64,000 nt of DNA from contig OZ059900.1 of the NCBI GenBank assembly GCA_964057225.1, positions 3,782,001-3,846,000 of the forward strand, given 5' to 3'. The DNA comes from Auanema rhodensis (lineage: Eukaryota; Animalia; Nematoda). Positions within the stretch are counted from its first letter, which is position 1. Each line of letters starts with the position of its first letter. The notes below the pieces were generated by a model that was not told the origin of the DNA, searched no databases, and saw nothing but the letters and a program-made list of their open reading frames with translations. Shown here piece after piece: positions 14,201 through 24,801 of the stretch. The position numbers and the translations under genes were made by a program.

Positions 14201-17200
14201 ATGATGTTTAAATCACTAAATTTCGCTCAAATAGCATTACTACACTAAGTATGGTCGTTTTTATGCCTTTAACACCATATACTCACCGATTTTTGGTACA
14301 AAATCTGTAATACTCGTAAATTTTGATCATATTCGTTAAGATTTGAGAATCAAACACACAATACACAAAATCAGTCTATTTTTATGAGCTTGCACTGATA
14401 TATATTCATTTTGATCAAAAAAGGTCGAAAATAGAAAGAATTTTTGAAATTTCCGAGTTTTGAGTCTAATTTGGCTAAATCGCTCATATATATGATCAGA
14501 AGCATAGTTTCATGGTCTATGACAACAAAAGTCATCAATTAAACGCTAGTGATGTTTAAATACTGATTTTCGCTCAAATAGCATTACTACACTAAGTATG
14601 GTCGTTTTTATGCCTTTAACACCATATACTCACCGATTTTTGGTACAAAATCTGTAATACTCGTAAATTTTGATCATATTCGTTAAGATTCGAGAATCAA
14701 ACACACAATACACAAAATCAGTCTATTTTTATGAGCTTGCACTGATATATATTCATTTTGATCAAAAAAGGTCGAAAATAGAAAGAATTTTTGAAATTTC
14801 CGAGTTTTGAGTCTAATTTGGCTAAATCGCTCATATATATGATCAGAAGCATAGTTTTATGGTCTATGACAACAAAAGTCATCAATTAAACGCTAGTGAT
14901 GTTTAAATACTGATTTTCGCTCAAATAGCATTACTACACTAAGTATGGTCGTTTTTATGCCTTTAACACCATATACTCACCGATTTTTGGTACAAAATCT
15001 GTGATACTCGTAAATTTTGATCATATTCGGTGAGATCCGAGAATCAAACACACAATACACGAAATAAATTCATTTTTACGAGTTTGCACTGATATTTATT
15101 CATTTTGATCAAAAAAGGTCGAAAATAGAAAGAATTTTTGAAATTCCCGAGTTTTGAGTCTAATTTGGCTAAATCGCTCATATATATGATCAGAAGCATA
15201 GTTTTATTGTCTATGACAACAAAAGTCATTAATTAAACACTAATGATGTTTAAATCACTAAATTTCGCTCAAATAGCATTACTACACTAAGTATGGTCGT
15301 TTTTATGCCTTTAACACCATATACTCACCGATTTTTGGTACAAAATCTGTAATACTCGTAAATTTTGATCATATTCGTTAAGATTTGAGAATCAAACACA
15401 CAATACACAAAATCAGTCTATTTTTATGAGCTTGCACTGATATATATTCATTTTGATCAAAAAAGGTCGAAAATAGAAAGAATTTTTGAATTTTCCGAGT
15501 TTTGAGTCCAATTGGGCTAAATCGCTCATATATATGATCAAAAACATAGTTTTATTGTCTATGACAACAAAAGTCATCAATTAAACGCTAGTGATGTTTA
15601 AATACTGAATTTCGCTCAAATAGCATTACTACACTAAGTATGGTCGTTTTTATGCCTTTAACACCATATACTCACCGATTTTTGGTACAAAATCTGTAAT
15701 ACTCGTAAATTTTGATCATATTCGTTAAGATTCGAGAATCAAACATACAATACACAAAATCAGTCTATTTTTATGAGCTTGCACCGATATATATTCATTT
15801 TGATCAAAAAAGGTCGAAAATAGAAAGAATTTTTGAAATTTCCGAGTTTTGAGTCTAATTTGGCTAAATCGCTCATATATATGATCAAAAGCATAGTTTT
15901 ATTGTCTATGACAACAAAAGTCATCAATTAAACGCTAGTGATGTTTAAATACTGAATTTCGCTCAAATAGCATTACCACACTAAGTATGGTCGTTTTTAT
16001 GCCTTTAACACCATATACTCACCGATTTTTGGTACAAAATCTGTGATACTCGTAAATTTTGATCAAATTCGGTGAGATCCGAGAATCAAACACACAATAC
16101 ACGAAATAAGTTCATTTTTACGAGTTTGCACTGATATATATTCATTTTGATTAAAAAAGGTCGAAAATAGAAAGAATTTTTGAAATTTCCGAGTTTTGAG
16201 TCTAATTTGGCTAAATCGCTCATTTATATGAGCAGAAGCAAAGTTTTATTGTCTATGACAACAAAAGTCATCAATTAAACGCTAGTGATGTTTAAATACT
16301 AATTTTCGCTCAAATAGCATTACTACACTAAGTATGGTCGTTTTTATGCCTTTAACACCATATACTCACCGATTTTTGGTACAAAATCTGTAATACTTGT
16401 AAATTTCGATCATATTCGTTAAAATTCGAGAATCAAACACATAATACACGAAATAAGTCTATTTTTATGAGTTTGCACTGATATTTATTCATTTTGATCA
16501 AAAAAGGTCGAAAATAGAAAGAATTTTTGAATTTTCCGAGTTTTGAGTCCAATTGGGCTAAATCGCTCATATATATGATCAAAAACATAGTTTTATTGTC
16601 TATAACAACAAAAGTCATCAATTAAACGCTAGTGATGTTTAAATACTGATTTTCGCTCAAATAGCATTACTACACTAAGTATGGTCGTTTTTATGCCTTT
16701 AACACCATATACTCACCGATTTTTGGTAAAAAATCTGTGATACTCGTAAATTTTGATCATATTCGGTGAGATTCGAGAATCAAACACACAATACACGAAA
16801 TAAGTTCATTTTTACGAGTTTGCACTGATATTTATTCATTTTGATCAAAAAAGGTCGAAAATAGAAAGAATTTTTGAAATTTCCGAGTTTTGAGTCTAAT
16901 TTGGCTAAATCGCTCATATATATGATCAAAAGCATAGTTTTATTGTCTATGACAACAAAAGTCATCAATTAAACGCTAGTGATGTTTAAATACTGAATTT
17001 CGCTCAAATAGCATTACTACACTAAGTATGGTCGTTTTTATGCCTTTAACACCATATACTCACCGATTTTTGGTACAAAATCTGTAATACTCGTAAATTT
17101 TGATCATATTCGTTAAGATTCGAGAATCAAACATACAATACACAAAATCAGTCTATTTTTATGAGCTTGCACCGATATATATTCATTTTGATCAAAAAAG

Positions 17201-20136
17201 GTCGAAAATAGAAAGAATTTTTGAAATTTCCGAGTTTTGAGTCTAATTTGGCTAAATCGCTCATTTATATGATCAGAAGCAAAGTTTTATTGTCTATGAC
17301 AACAAAAGTCATCAATTAAACGCTAGTGATGTTTAAATACTAATTTTCGCTCAAATAGCATTACTACACTAAGTATGGTCGTTTTTATGCCTTTAACACC
17401 ATATACTCACCGATTTTTGGTACAAAATCTGTAATACTTGTAAATTTCGATCATATTCGTTAAGATTCGAGAATCAAACACATAATACACGAAATAAGTC
17501 TATTTTTATGAGTTTGCACTGATATTTATTCATTTTGATTAAAAAAGGTCGAAAATAGAAAGAATTTTTGAAATTTCCGAGTTTTGAGTCCAATTGGGCT
17601 AAATCGCTCATATATATGATCAAAAACATAGTTTTATTGTCTATAACAACAAAAGTCATCAATTAAACGCTAGTGATGTTTAAATACTGATTTCCGCTCA
17701 AATAGCATTACTACACTAAGTATGGTCGTTTTTATGCCTTTAACACCATATACTCACCGATTTTTGGTAAAAAATCTGTGATACTCGTAAATTTTGATCA
17801 TATTCGGTGAGATTCGAGAATCAAACACACAATACACGAAATAAGTTCATTTTTACGAGTTTGCACTGATATTTATTCATTTTGATCAAAAAAGGTCGAA
17901 AATAGAAAGAATTTTTGAAATTTCCGAGTTTTGAGTCTAATTTGGCTAAATCGCTCATATATATGATCAAAAGCATAGTTTTATTGTCTATGACAACAAA
18001 AGTCATCAATTAAACGCTAGTGATGTTTAAATACTGAATTTCGCTCAAATAGCATTACTACACTAAGTATGGTCGTTTTTATGCCTTTAACACCATATAC
18101 TCACCGATTTTTGGTACAAAATCTGTAATACTTGTAAATTTCGATCATATTCGTTAAGATTCGAGAATCAAACACATAATACACGAAATAAGTCTATTTT
18201 TATGAGTTTGCACTGATATTTATTCATTTTGATTAAAAAAGGTCGAAAATAGAAAGAATTTTTGAAATTTCCGAGTTTTGAGTCTAATTTGGCTAAATCG
18301 CTCATTTATATGATCAGAAGCAAAGTTTTATTGTCTATGACAACAAAAGTCATCAATTAAACGCTAGTGATGTTTAAATACTAATTTTCGCTCAAACAGC
18401 ATTACTACACTAAGTATGGTCGTTTTTATGCCTTTAACACCATATACTCACCGATTTTTGGTACAAAATCTGTAATACTTGTAAATTTCGATCATATTTG
18501 TTAAAATTCGAGAATCAAACACATAATACACGAAATAAGTCTATTTTTATGAGTTTGCACTGATATTTATTCATTTTGATCAAAAAAGGTCGAAAATAGA
18601 AAGAATTTTTGAATTTTCCGAGTTTTGAGTCCAATTGGGCTAAATCGCTCATATATATGATCAAAAACATAGTTTTATTGTCTATAACAACAAAAGTCAT
18701 CAATTAAACGCTAGTGATGTTTAAATACTGATTTTCGCTCAAATAGCATTACTACACTAAGTATGGTCGTTTTTATGCCTTTAACACCATATACTCACCG
18801 ATTTTTGGTACAAAATCTGTGATACTCGTAAATTTTGATCATATTCGGTGAGATTCGAGAATCAAACACACAATACACGAAATAAGTTCTTTTTTACGAG
18901 TTTGCACTGATATTTATTCATTTTGATCAAAAAAGGTCGAAAATAGAAAGAATTTTTGAAATTTCCGAGTTTTGAGTCTAATTTGGCTAAATCGCTCATA
19001 TATATGATCAAAAGCATAGTTTTATTGTCTATGACAACAAAAGTCATCAATTAAACGCTAGTGATGTTTAAATACTGAATTTCGCTCAAATAGCATTACT
19101 ACACTAAGTATGGTCGTTTTTATGCCTTTAACACCATATACTCACCGATTTTTGGTACAAAATCTATAATACTCGTAAATTTTGATCATATTCGTTAAGA
19201 TTCGAGAATCAAACATACAATACACAAAATCAGTCTATTTTTATGAGCTTGCACTGATATATATTCATTTTGATCAAAAAAGGTCGAAAATAGAAAGAAT
19301 TTTTGAAATTTCCGAGTTTTGAGTCTAATTTGGCTAAATCGCTCATTTATATGATCAGAAGCAAAGTTTTATTGTCTATGACAACAAAAGTCATCAATTA
19401 AACGCTAGTGATGTTTAAATACTAATTTTCGCTCAAATAGCATTACTACACTAAGTATGGTCGTTTTTATGCCTTTAACACCATATACTCACCGATTTTT
19501 GGTACAAAATCTGTAATACTTGTAAATTTCGATCATATTCGTTAAGATTCGAGAATCAAACACATAATACACGAAATAAGTCTATTTTTATGAGTTTGCA
19601 CTGATATTTATTCATTTTGATCAAAAAAGGTCGAAAATAGAAAGAATTTTTGAATTTTCCGAGTTTTGAGTCCAATTGGGCTAAATCGCTTATATATATG
19701 ATCAAAAACATAGTTTTATTGTCTATAACAACAAAAGTCATCAATTAAACGCTAGTGATGTTTAAATACTGATTTTCGCTCAAATAGCATTACTACACTA
19801 AGTATGGTCGTTTTGATGCCTTTAACACCATATACTCACCGATTTTTGGTACAAAATCTGTGATACTCGTAAATTCTGATCATATTCGGTAAGATTCGAG
19901 AATCAAACACACAATACACAAAATAAGTTTATTTTTACGAATTCGCACTGATATTTATTCATTTTGATCAAAAAAGGTCGAAAAAAGAAAGAATTTTTGA
20001 AATTTCCGAGTTTTGAGTCTAATTTGGCTAAATCGCTCATATATATGATCAAAAGCATAGTTTTATTGTCTATGACAACAAAAGTCATCATTTAAACGCT
20101 AGTGATGTTTAAATACTGAATTTCGCTCAAATAGCA
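3473..20136 (-). repeat. 26-monomer-period (9026-9027 bp) block duplication: 3473-11110 repeated at 12500-20136, with three internal monomers differing
   Basis: Offset 9027: TTTCATGG 5481/14508, TCCCGAG 6118/15145, ORF starts 3774/12801, 5160/14187, 8635/17662. Offset 9026: 10024/19050, 10718/19744, 11065/20091. Monomers 8681-9722 do not match 17708-18748. Confidence 0.85.
10070..12151 (-). repeat. Local tandem duplication of a 3-monomer unit (1041 bp x2)
   Basis: The alleles GGTACAGAATC, AATTCCGATC, CGCTTATA, GTTTTGATGC and GAAAAAAGAAAG all repeat at +1041. ORF starts 10718/11759 and 11065/12106 agree. Confidence 0.9.
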
Positions 20137-21524
20137 TTACTACACTAAGTATGGTCGTTTTTATGCCTTTAACACCATATACTCACCGATTTTTGGTACA
20201 AAATCTGTGATACTCGTAAATTTTGATCATATTCGGTGAGATTCGAGAATCAAACACACAATACACGAAATAAGTTCTTTTTCACGAGTTTGCACTGATA
20301 TTTATTCATTTTGATCAAAAAAGGTCGAAAATAGAAAGAATTTTTGAAATTTCCGAGTTTTGAGTCTAATTTGGCTAAATCGCTCATATATATGATCAAA
20401 AGCATAGTTTTATTGTCTATGACAACAAAAGTCATCAATTAAACGCTAGTGATGTTTAAATACTGAATTTTGCTCAAATAGCATTACTACACTAAGTATG
20501 GTCGTTTTTATGCCTTTAACACCATATACTCACCGATTTTTGGTACAAAATCTATAATACTCGTAAATTTTGATCATATTCGTTAAGATTCGAGAATCAA
20601 ACATACAATACACAAAATCAGTCTATTTTTATGAGCTTGCACTGATATATATTCATTTTGATCAAAAAAGGTCGAAAATAGAAAGAATTTTTGAAATTTC
20701 CGAGTTTTGAGTCTAATTTGGCTAAATCGCTCATTTATATGATCAGAAGCAAAGTTTTATTGTCTATGACAACAAAAGTCATCAATTAAACGCTAGTGAT
20801 GTTTAAATACTAATTTTCGCTCAAATAGCATTACTACACTAAGTATGGTCGTTTTTATGCCTTTAACACCATATACTCACCGATTTTTGGTACAAAATCT
20901 GTAATACTTGTAAATTTCGATCATATTCGTTAAGATTCGAGAATCAAACACATAATACACGAAATAAGTCTATTTTTATGAGTTTGCACTGATATTTATT
21001 CATTTTGATCAAAAAAGGTCGAAAATAGAAAGAATTTTTGAATTTTCCGAGTTTTGAGTCCAATTGGGCTAAATCGCTTATATATATGATCAAAAACATA
21101 GTTTTATTGTCTATAACAACAAAAGTCATCAATTAAACGCTAGTGATGTTTAAATACTGATTTTCGCTCAAATAGCATTACTACACTAAGTATGGTCGTT
21201 TTGATGCCTTTAACACCATATACTCACCGATTTTTGGTACAAAATCTGTGATACTCGTAAATTTTGATCATATTCGGTAAGATTCGAGAATCAAACACAC
21301 AATACACAAAATAAGTTTATTTTTACGAATTCGCACTGATATTTATTCATTTTGATCAAAAAAGGTCGAAAATAAAAAGAATTTTTGAAATTTCCGAGTT
21401 TTGAGTCCAATTTGGCTAAATCGCTCATATATATTTTCAAAAGCATAGTTTTATTGTCTATAACAACAAAAGTCATCAATTAAACGCTAGTGATGTTTTA
21501 ACACCGAATTTCGCTCAAATAGCA
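18749..21524 (-). repeat. Local tandem duplication of a 4-monomer unit (1388 bp x2) next to the junction
   Basis: ORF starts 19050/20438, 19744/21132 and 20091/21479 are 1388 apart with matching variant order. The last monomer is partly diverged. Confidence 0.85.
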
Positions 21525-21849
21525 TTACTACACTAAGTATGGTCGTTTTTATGCCTTTAACACCATATACTCACCGATTTTTGGTACAAAATCTGTGATA
21601 CTCGTAAATTTTGATCATATTCGGTAAGATTCAAGAATCAAACACACAATACACAAAATAAGTTTATTTTTACGAATTTGCACTGATATTTATTCATTTT
21701 GATCAAAAAAGGTCGAAAATAGAAAGAATTTTTGAAATTTCCGAGTTTTGAGTCTAATTTGGATAAATCGCTCATATATATGATCAGAAGCATAGTTTTA
21801 TTGTCTATGACAACAAAAGTCATTAATTGAACACTAATGATGTTTAAAT

Positions 21850-21877
21850 CACTGAATTTCGCTCAAAAATATCAGTG
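21850..21877. other. Inversion (strand-switch) junction of the satellite array, breakpoint at 21867
   Basis: The left consensus ...GAATTTCGCTCAAA(TAGC) ends at 21867. The right consensus (GAAT)AAATATCAGTGC begins at 21867. The observed GCTCAAAAATATCAGTG has five A = 3+3-1, i.e. one shared base and no inserted sequence. Confidence 0.96.
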
Positions 21878-24801
21878 CAGACTCATGAAAATAGCATGAT
21901 TTTGTGTATTGTGTGTTTGATTCTCAAATCTTAACGTATATGATCAAAATTTACGAGTATTACAGATTTTGTACCAAAAATCGGTGAGTATATGGTGTTA
22001 AAGGCATAAAAACGACCATACTTAGTGTAGTAATGCTATTTGAGCGAAATTCAGTGATTTGAACATCATTAGTGTTTAATTAATGACTTTTGTTGTCATA
22101 GACAATGAAACTATGCTTTTGATCATATATATGAGCGATTTATCCAAATTGGACTCAAAACTCGGAAAATTCAAAAATTCTGTCTATTATCGACCTTTTT
22201 TGATCAAAATGAATAAATATCAGTGCAAACTCATAAAAATAGACTGATTTTGTGTATTGTGTGTTTGATTCTCAAATCGTAACAAATATGATCAAAATTT
22301 ACGAGTATCACAGAATTTGTACCAAAAATCGGTGAGTATATGGTGTTAAAGGCAAAAAACGACCTTACTTAGTGTAGTAATGCTATTTGAGCAAAATTCA
22401 GTGATTTAAACATCATTAGTGTTTAATCAGTGACTTTTGTTGTCATAGAAAATAAAACTATGCTTTTGATCATATATATGAGCGATTTAGCCAAATTGGA
22501 CTCAAAACTCGGAAATTTCAAAAATTCTTTTTATTTTCGACCTTTTTTGATCAAAATGAATAAATATCAGTGCAAACTCGTAAAAATAGACTGATTTTGT
22601 GTAATGTTTGTTTGATTCTCGAATCTTAACGAATATGATCAAAATTTACGAGTATTACAGATTTTGTACCAAAACTCGGTGAGTATATGGTGTTAAAGGC
22701 ATAAAAACGACCTTACTTAGTGTAGTAATGCTATTTGAGCGAAATTCAGTGATTTGAACATCATTAGTGTTTAATTAATGACTTTTGTTGTCATAGACAA
22801 TGAAACTATGCTTTTGATCATATATATGAGCGATTTATCCAAATTGGACTCAAAACTCGGAAAATTCAAAAATTCTGTCTATTATCGACCTTTTTTGATC
22901 AAAATGAATAAATATCAGTGCAAACTCATAAAAATAGACTGATTTTGTGTATTGTGTGTTTGATTCTCAAATCGTAACAAATATGATCAAAATTTACGAG
23001 TATCACAGAATTTGTACCAAAAATCGGTGAGTATATGGTGTTAAAGGCAAAAAACGACCTTACTTAGTGTAGTAATGCTATTTGAGCGAAATTCAGTGAT
23101 TTAAACATCATTAGTGTTTAATCAGTGACTTTTGTTGTCATAGAAAATAAAACTATGCTTTTGATCATATATATGAGCGATTTAGCCAAATTGGACTCAA
23201 AACTCGGAAAATTCAAAAATTCTTTCTATTTTCGACCTTTTTTGATCAAAATGAATAAATATCAGTGCAGACTCATGAAAATAGCATGATTTTGTGTATT
23301 GTGTGTTTGATTATCAAATCTTAACGTATATGATCAAAATTTACAAGTATTACAGATTTTGTACCAAAAATCGGTGAGTATATGGTGTTAAAGGCATAAA
23401 AACGACCATACTTAGTGTAGTAATGCTATTTGAGTGAAATTCAGTGATTTAAACATTATCAGTGTTTTCTTAATGACTTTTGTTGTCATAGACAATAAAA
23501 CTATGCTTTTGATCATATATATGAGCGATTTATCCAAATTGGACTCAAAACTCGGAAAATTCAAAAATTCTTTCTATTTTCGACCTTTTTTGATCAAAAT
23601 GAATAAATATCAGTGCAGACTCATGAAAATAGCATGATTTTGTGTATTGTGTGTTTGATTATCAAATCTTAACGTATATGATCAAAATTTACAAGTATTA
23701 CAGATTTTGTACCAAAAATCGGTGAGTATATGGTGTTAAAGGCATAAAAACGACCATACTTAGTGTAGTAATGCTATTTGAGCGAAATTCAGTGATTTAA
23801 ACATCATTAGTGTTTAATCAGTGACTTTTGTTGTCATAGAAAATAAAACTATGCTTTTGATCATATATATGAGCGATTTAGCCAAATTGGACTCAAAACT
23901 CGGAAAATTCAAAAATTCTGTCTATTATCGACCTTTTTTGATCAAAATGAATAAATATCAGTGCAAACTCATAAAAATAGACTGATTTTGTGTATTGTGT
24001 GTTTGATTCTCAAATCGTAACAAATATGATCAAAATTTACGAGTATCACAGAATTTGTACCAAAAATCGGTGAGTATATGGTGTTAAAGGCAAAAAACGA
24101 CCTTACTTAGTGTAGTAATGCTATTTGAGCGAAATTCAGTGATTTAAACATCATTAGTGTTTAATCAGTGACTTTTGTTGTCATAGAAAATAAAACTATG
24201 CTTTTGATCATATATATGAGCGATTTAGCCAAATTGGACTCAAAACTCGGAAAATTCAAAAATTCTTTCTATTTTCGACCTTTTTTGATCAAAATGAATA
24301 AATATCAGTGCAGACTCATGAAAATAGCATGATTTTGTGTATTGTGTGTTTGATTATCAAATCTTAACGTATATGATCAAAATTTACAAGTATTACAGAT
24401 TTTGTACCAAAAATCGGTGAGTATATGGTGTTAAAGGCATAAAAACGACCATACTTAGTGTAGTAATGCTATTTGAGTGAAATTCAGTGATTTAAACATT
24501 ATCAGTGTTTTCTTAATGACTTTAGTTGTCATAGACAATAAAACTATGCTTTTGATCATATATATGAGCGATTTATCCAAATTGGACTCAAAACTCGGAA
24601 AATTCAAAAATTCTTTCTATTTTCGACCTTTTTTGATCAAAATGAATAAATATCAGTGCAGACTCATGAAAATAGCATGATTTTGTGTATTGTGTGTTTG
24701 ATTATCAAATCTTAACGTATATGATCAAAATGTACAAGTATTACAGATTTTGTACCAAAAATCGGTGAGTATATGGTGTTAAAGGCATAAAAACGACCAT
24801 A

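Larger units (their letters stand above)
1..21867 (-). repeat. Left satellite block (subfamily L): 62 full monomers plus a nearly complete 63rd, mostly 347 bp, opposite orientation to the right block (strand label is a convention)
   Basis: Monomer starts run from 1 to 21525. Typical alleles are AAACGCTAGTGATGTTTAAATACTG (347-bp form), GAGTCTAATTTGGCT or GAGTCCAATTGGGCT, and TCGGTGAGAT. The occasional 348-bp monomers carry TTAAATCACT instead of TTAAATACT. Confidence 0.97.

Noticed and set aside
21850-21900. Transposon insertion or footprint at the junction
   Set aside because: Every base is explained by satellite consensus on one side or the other; no TIR, LTR end or target-site duplication is present.
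21700-22100. Inversion as a fold-back sequencing or amplification chimera
   Set aside because: A technical fold-back would make the arms near-identical mirror copies, but they differ in subfamily alleles and HOR structure from the first monomers. An assembly mis-join is not fully excluded without reads.
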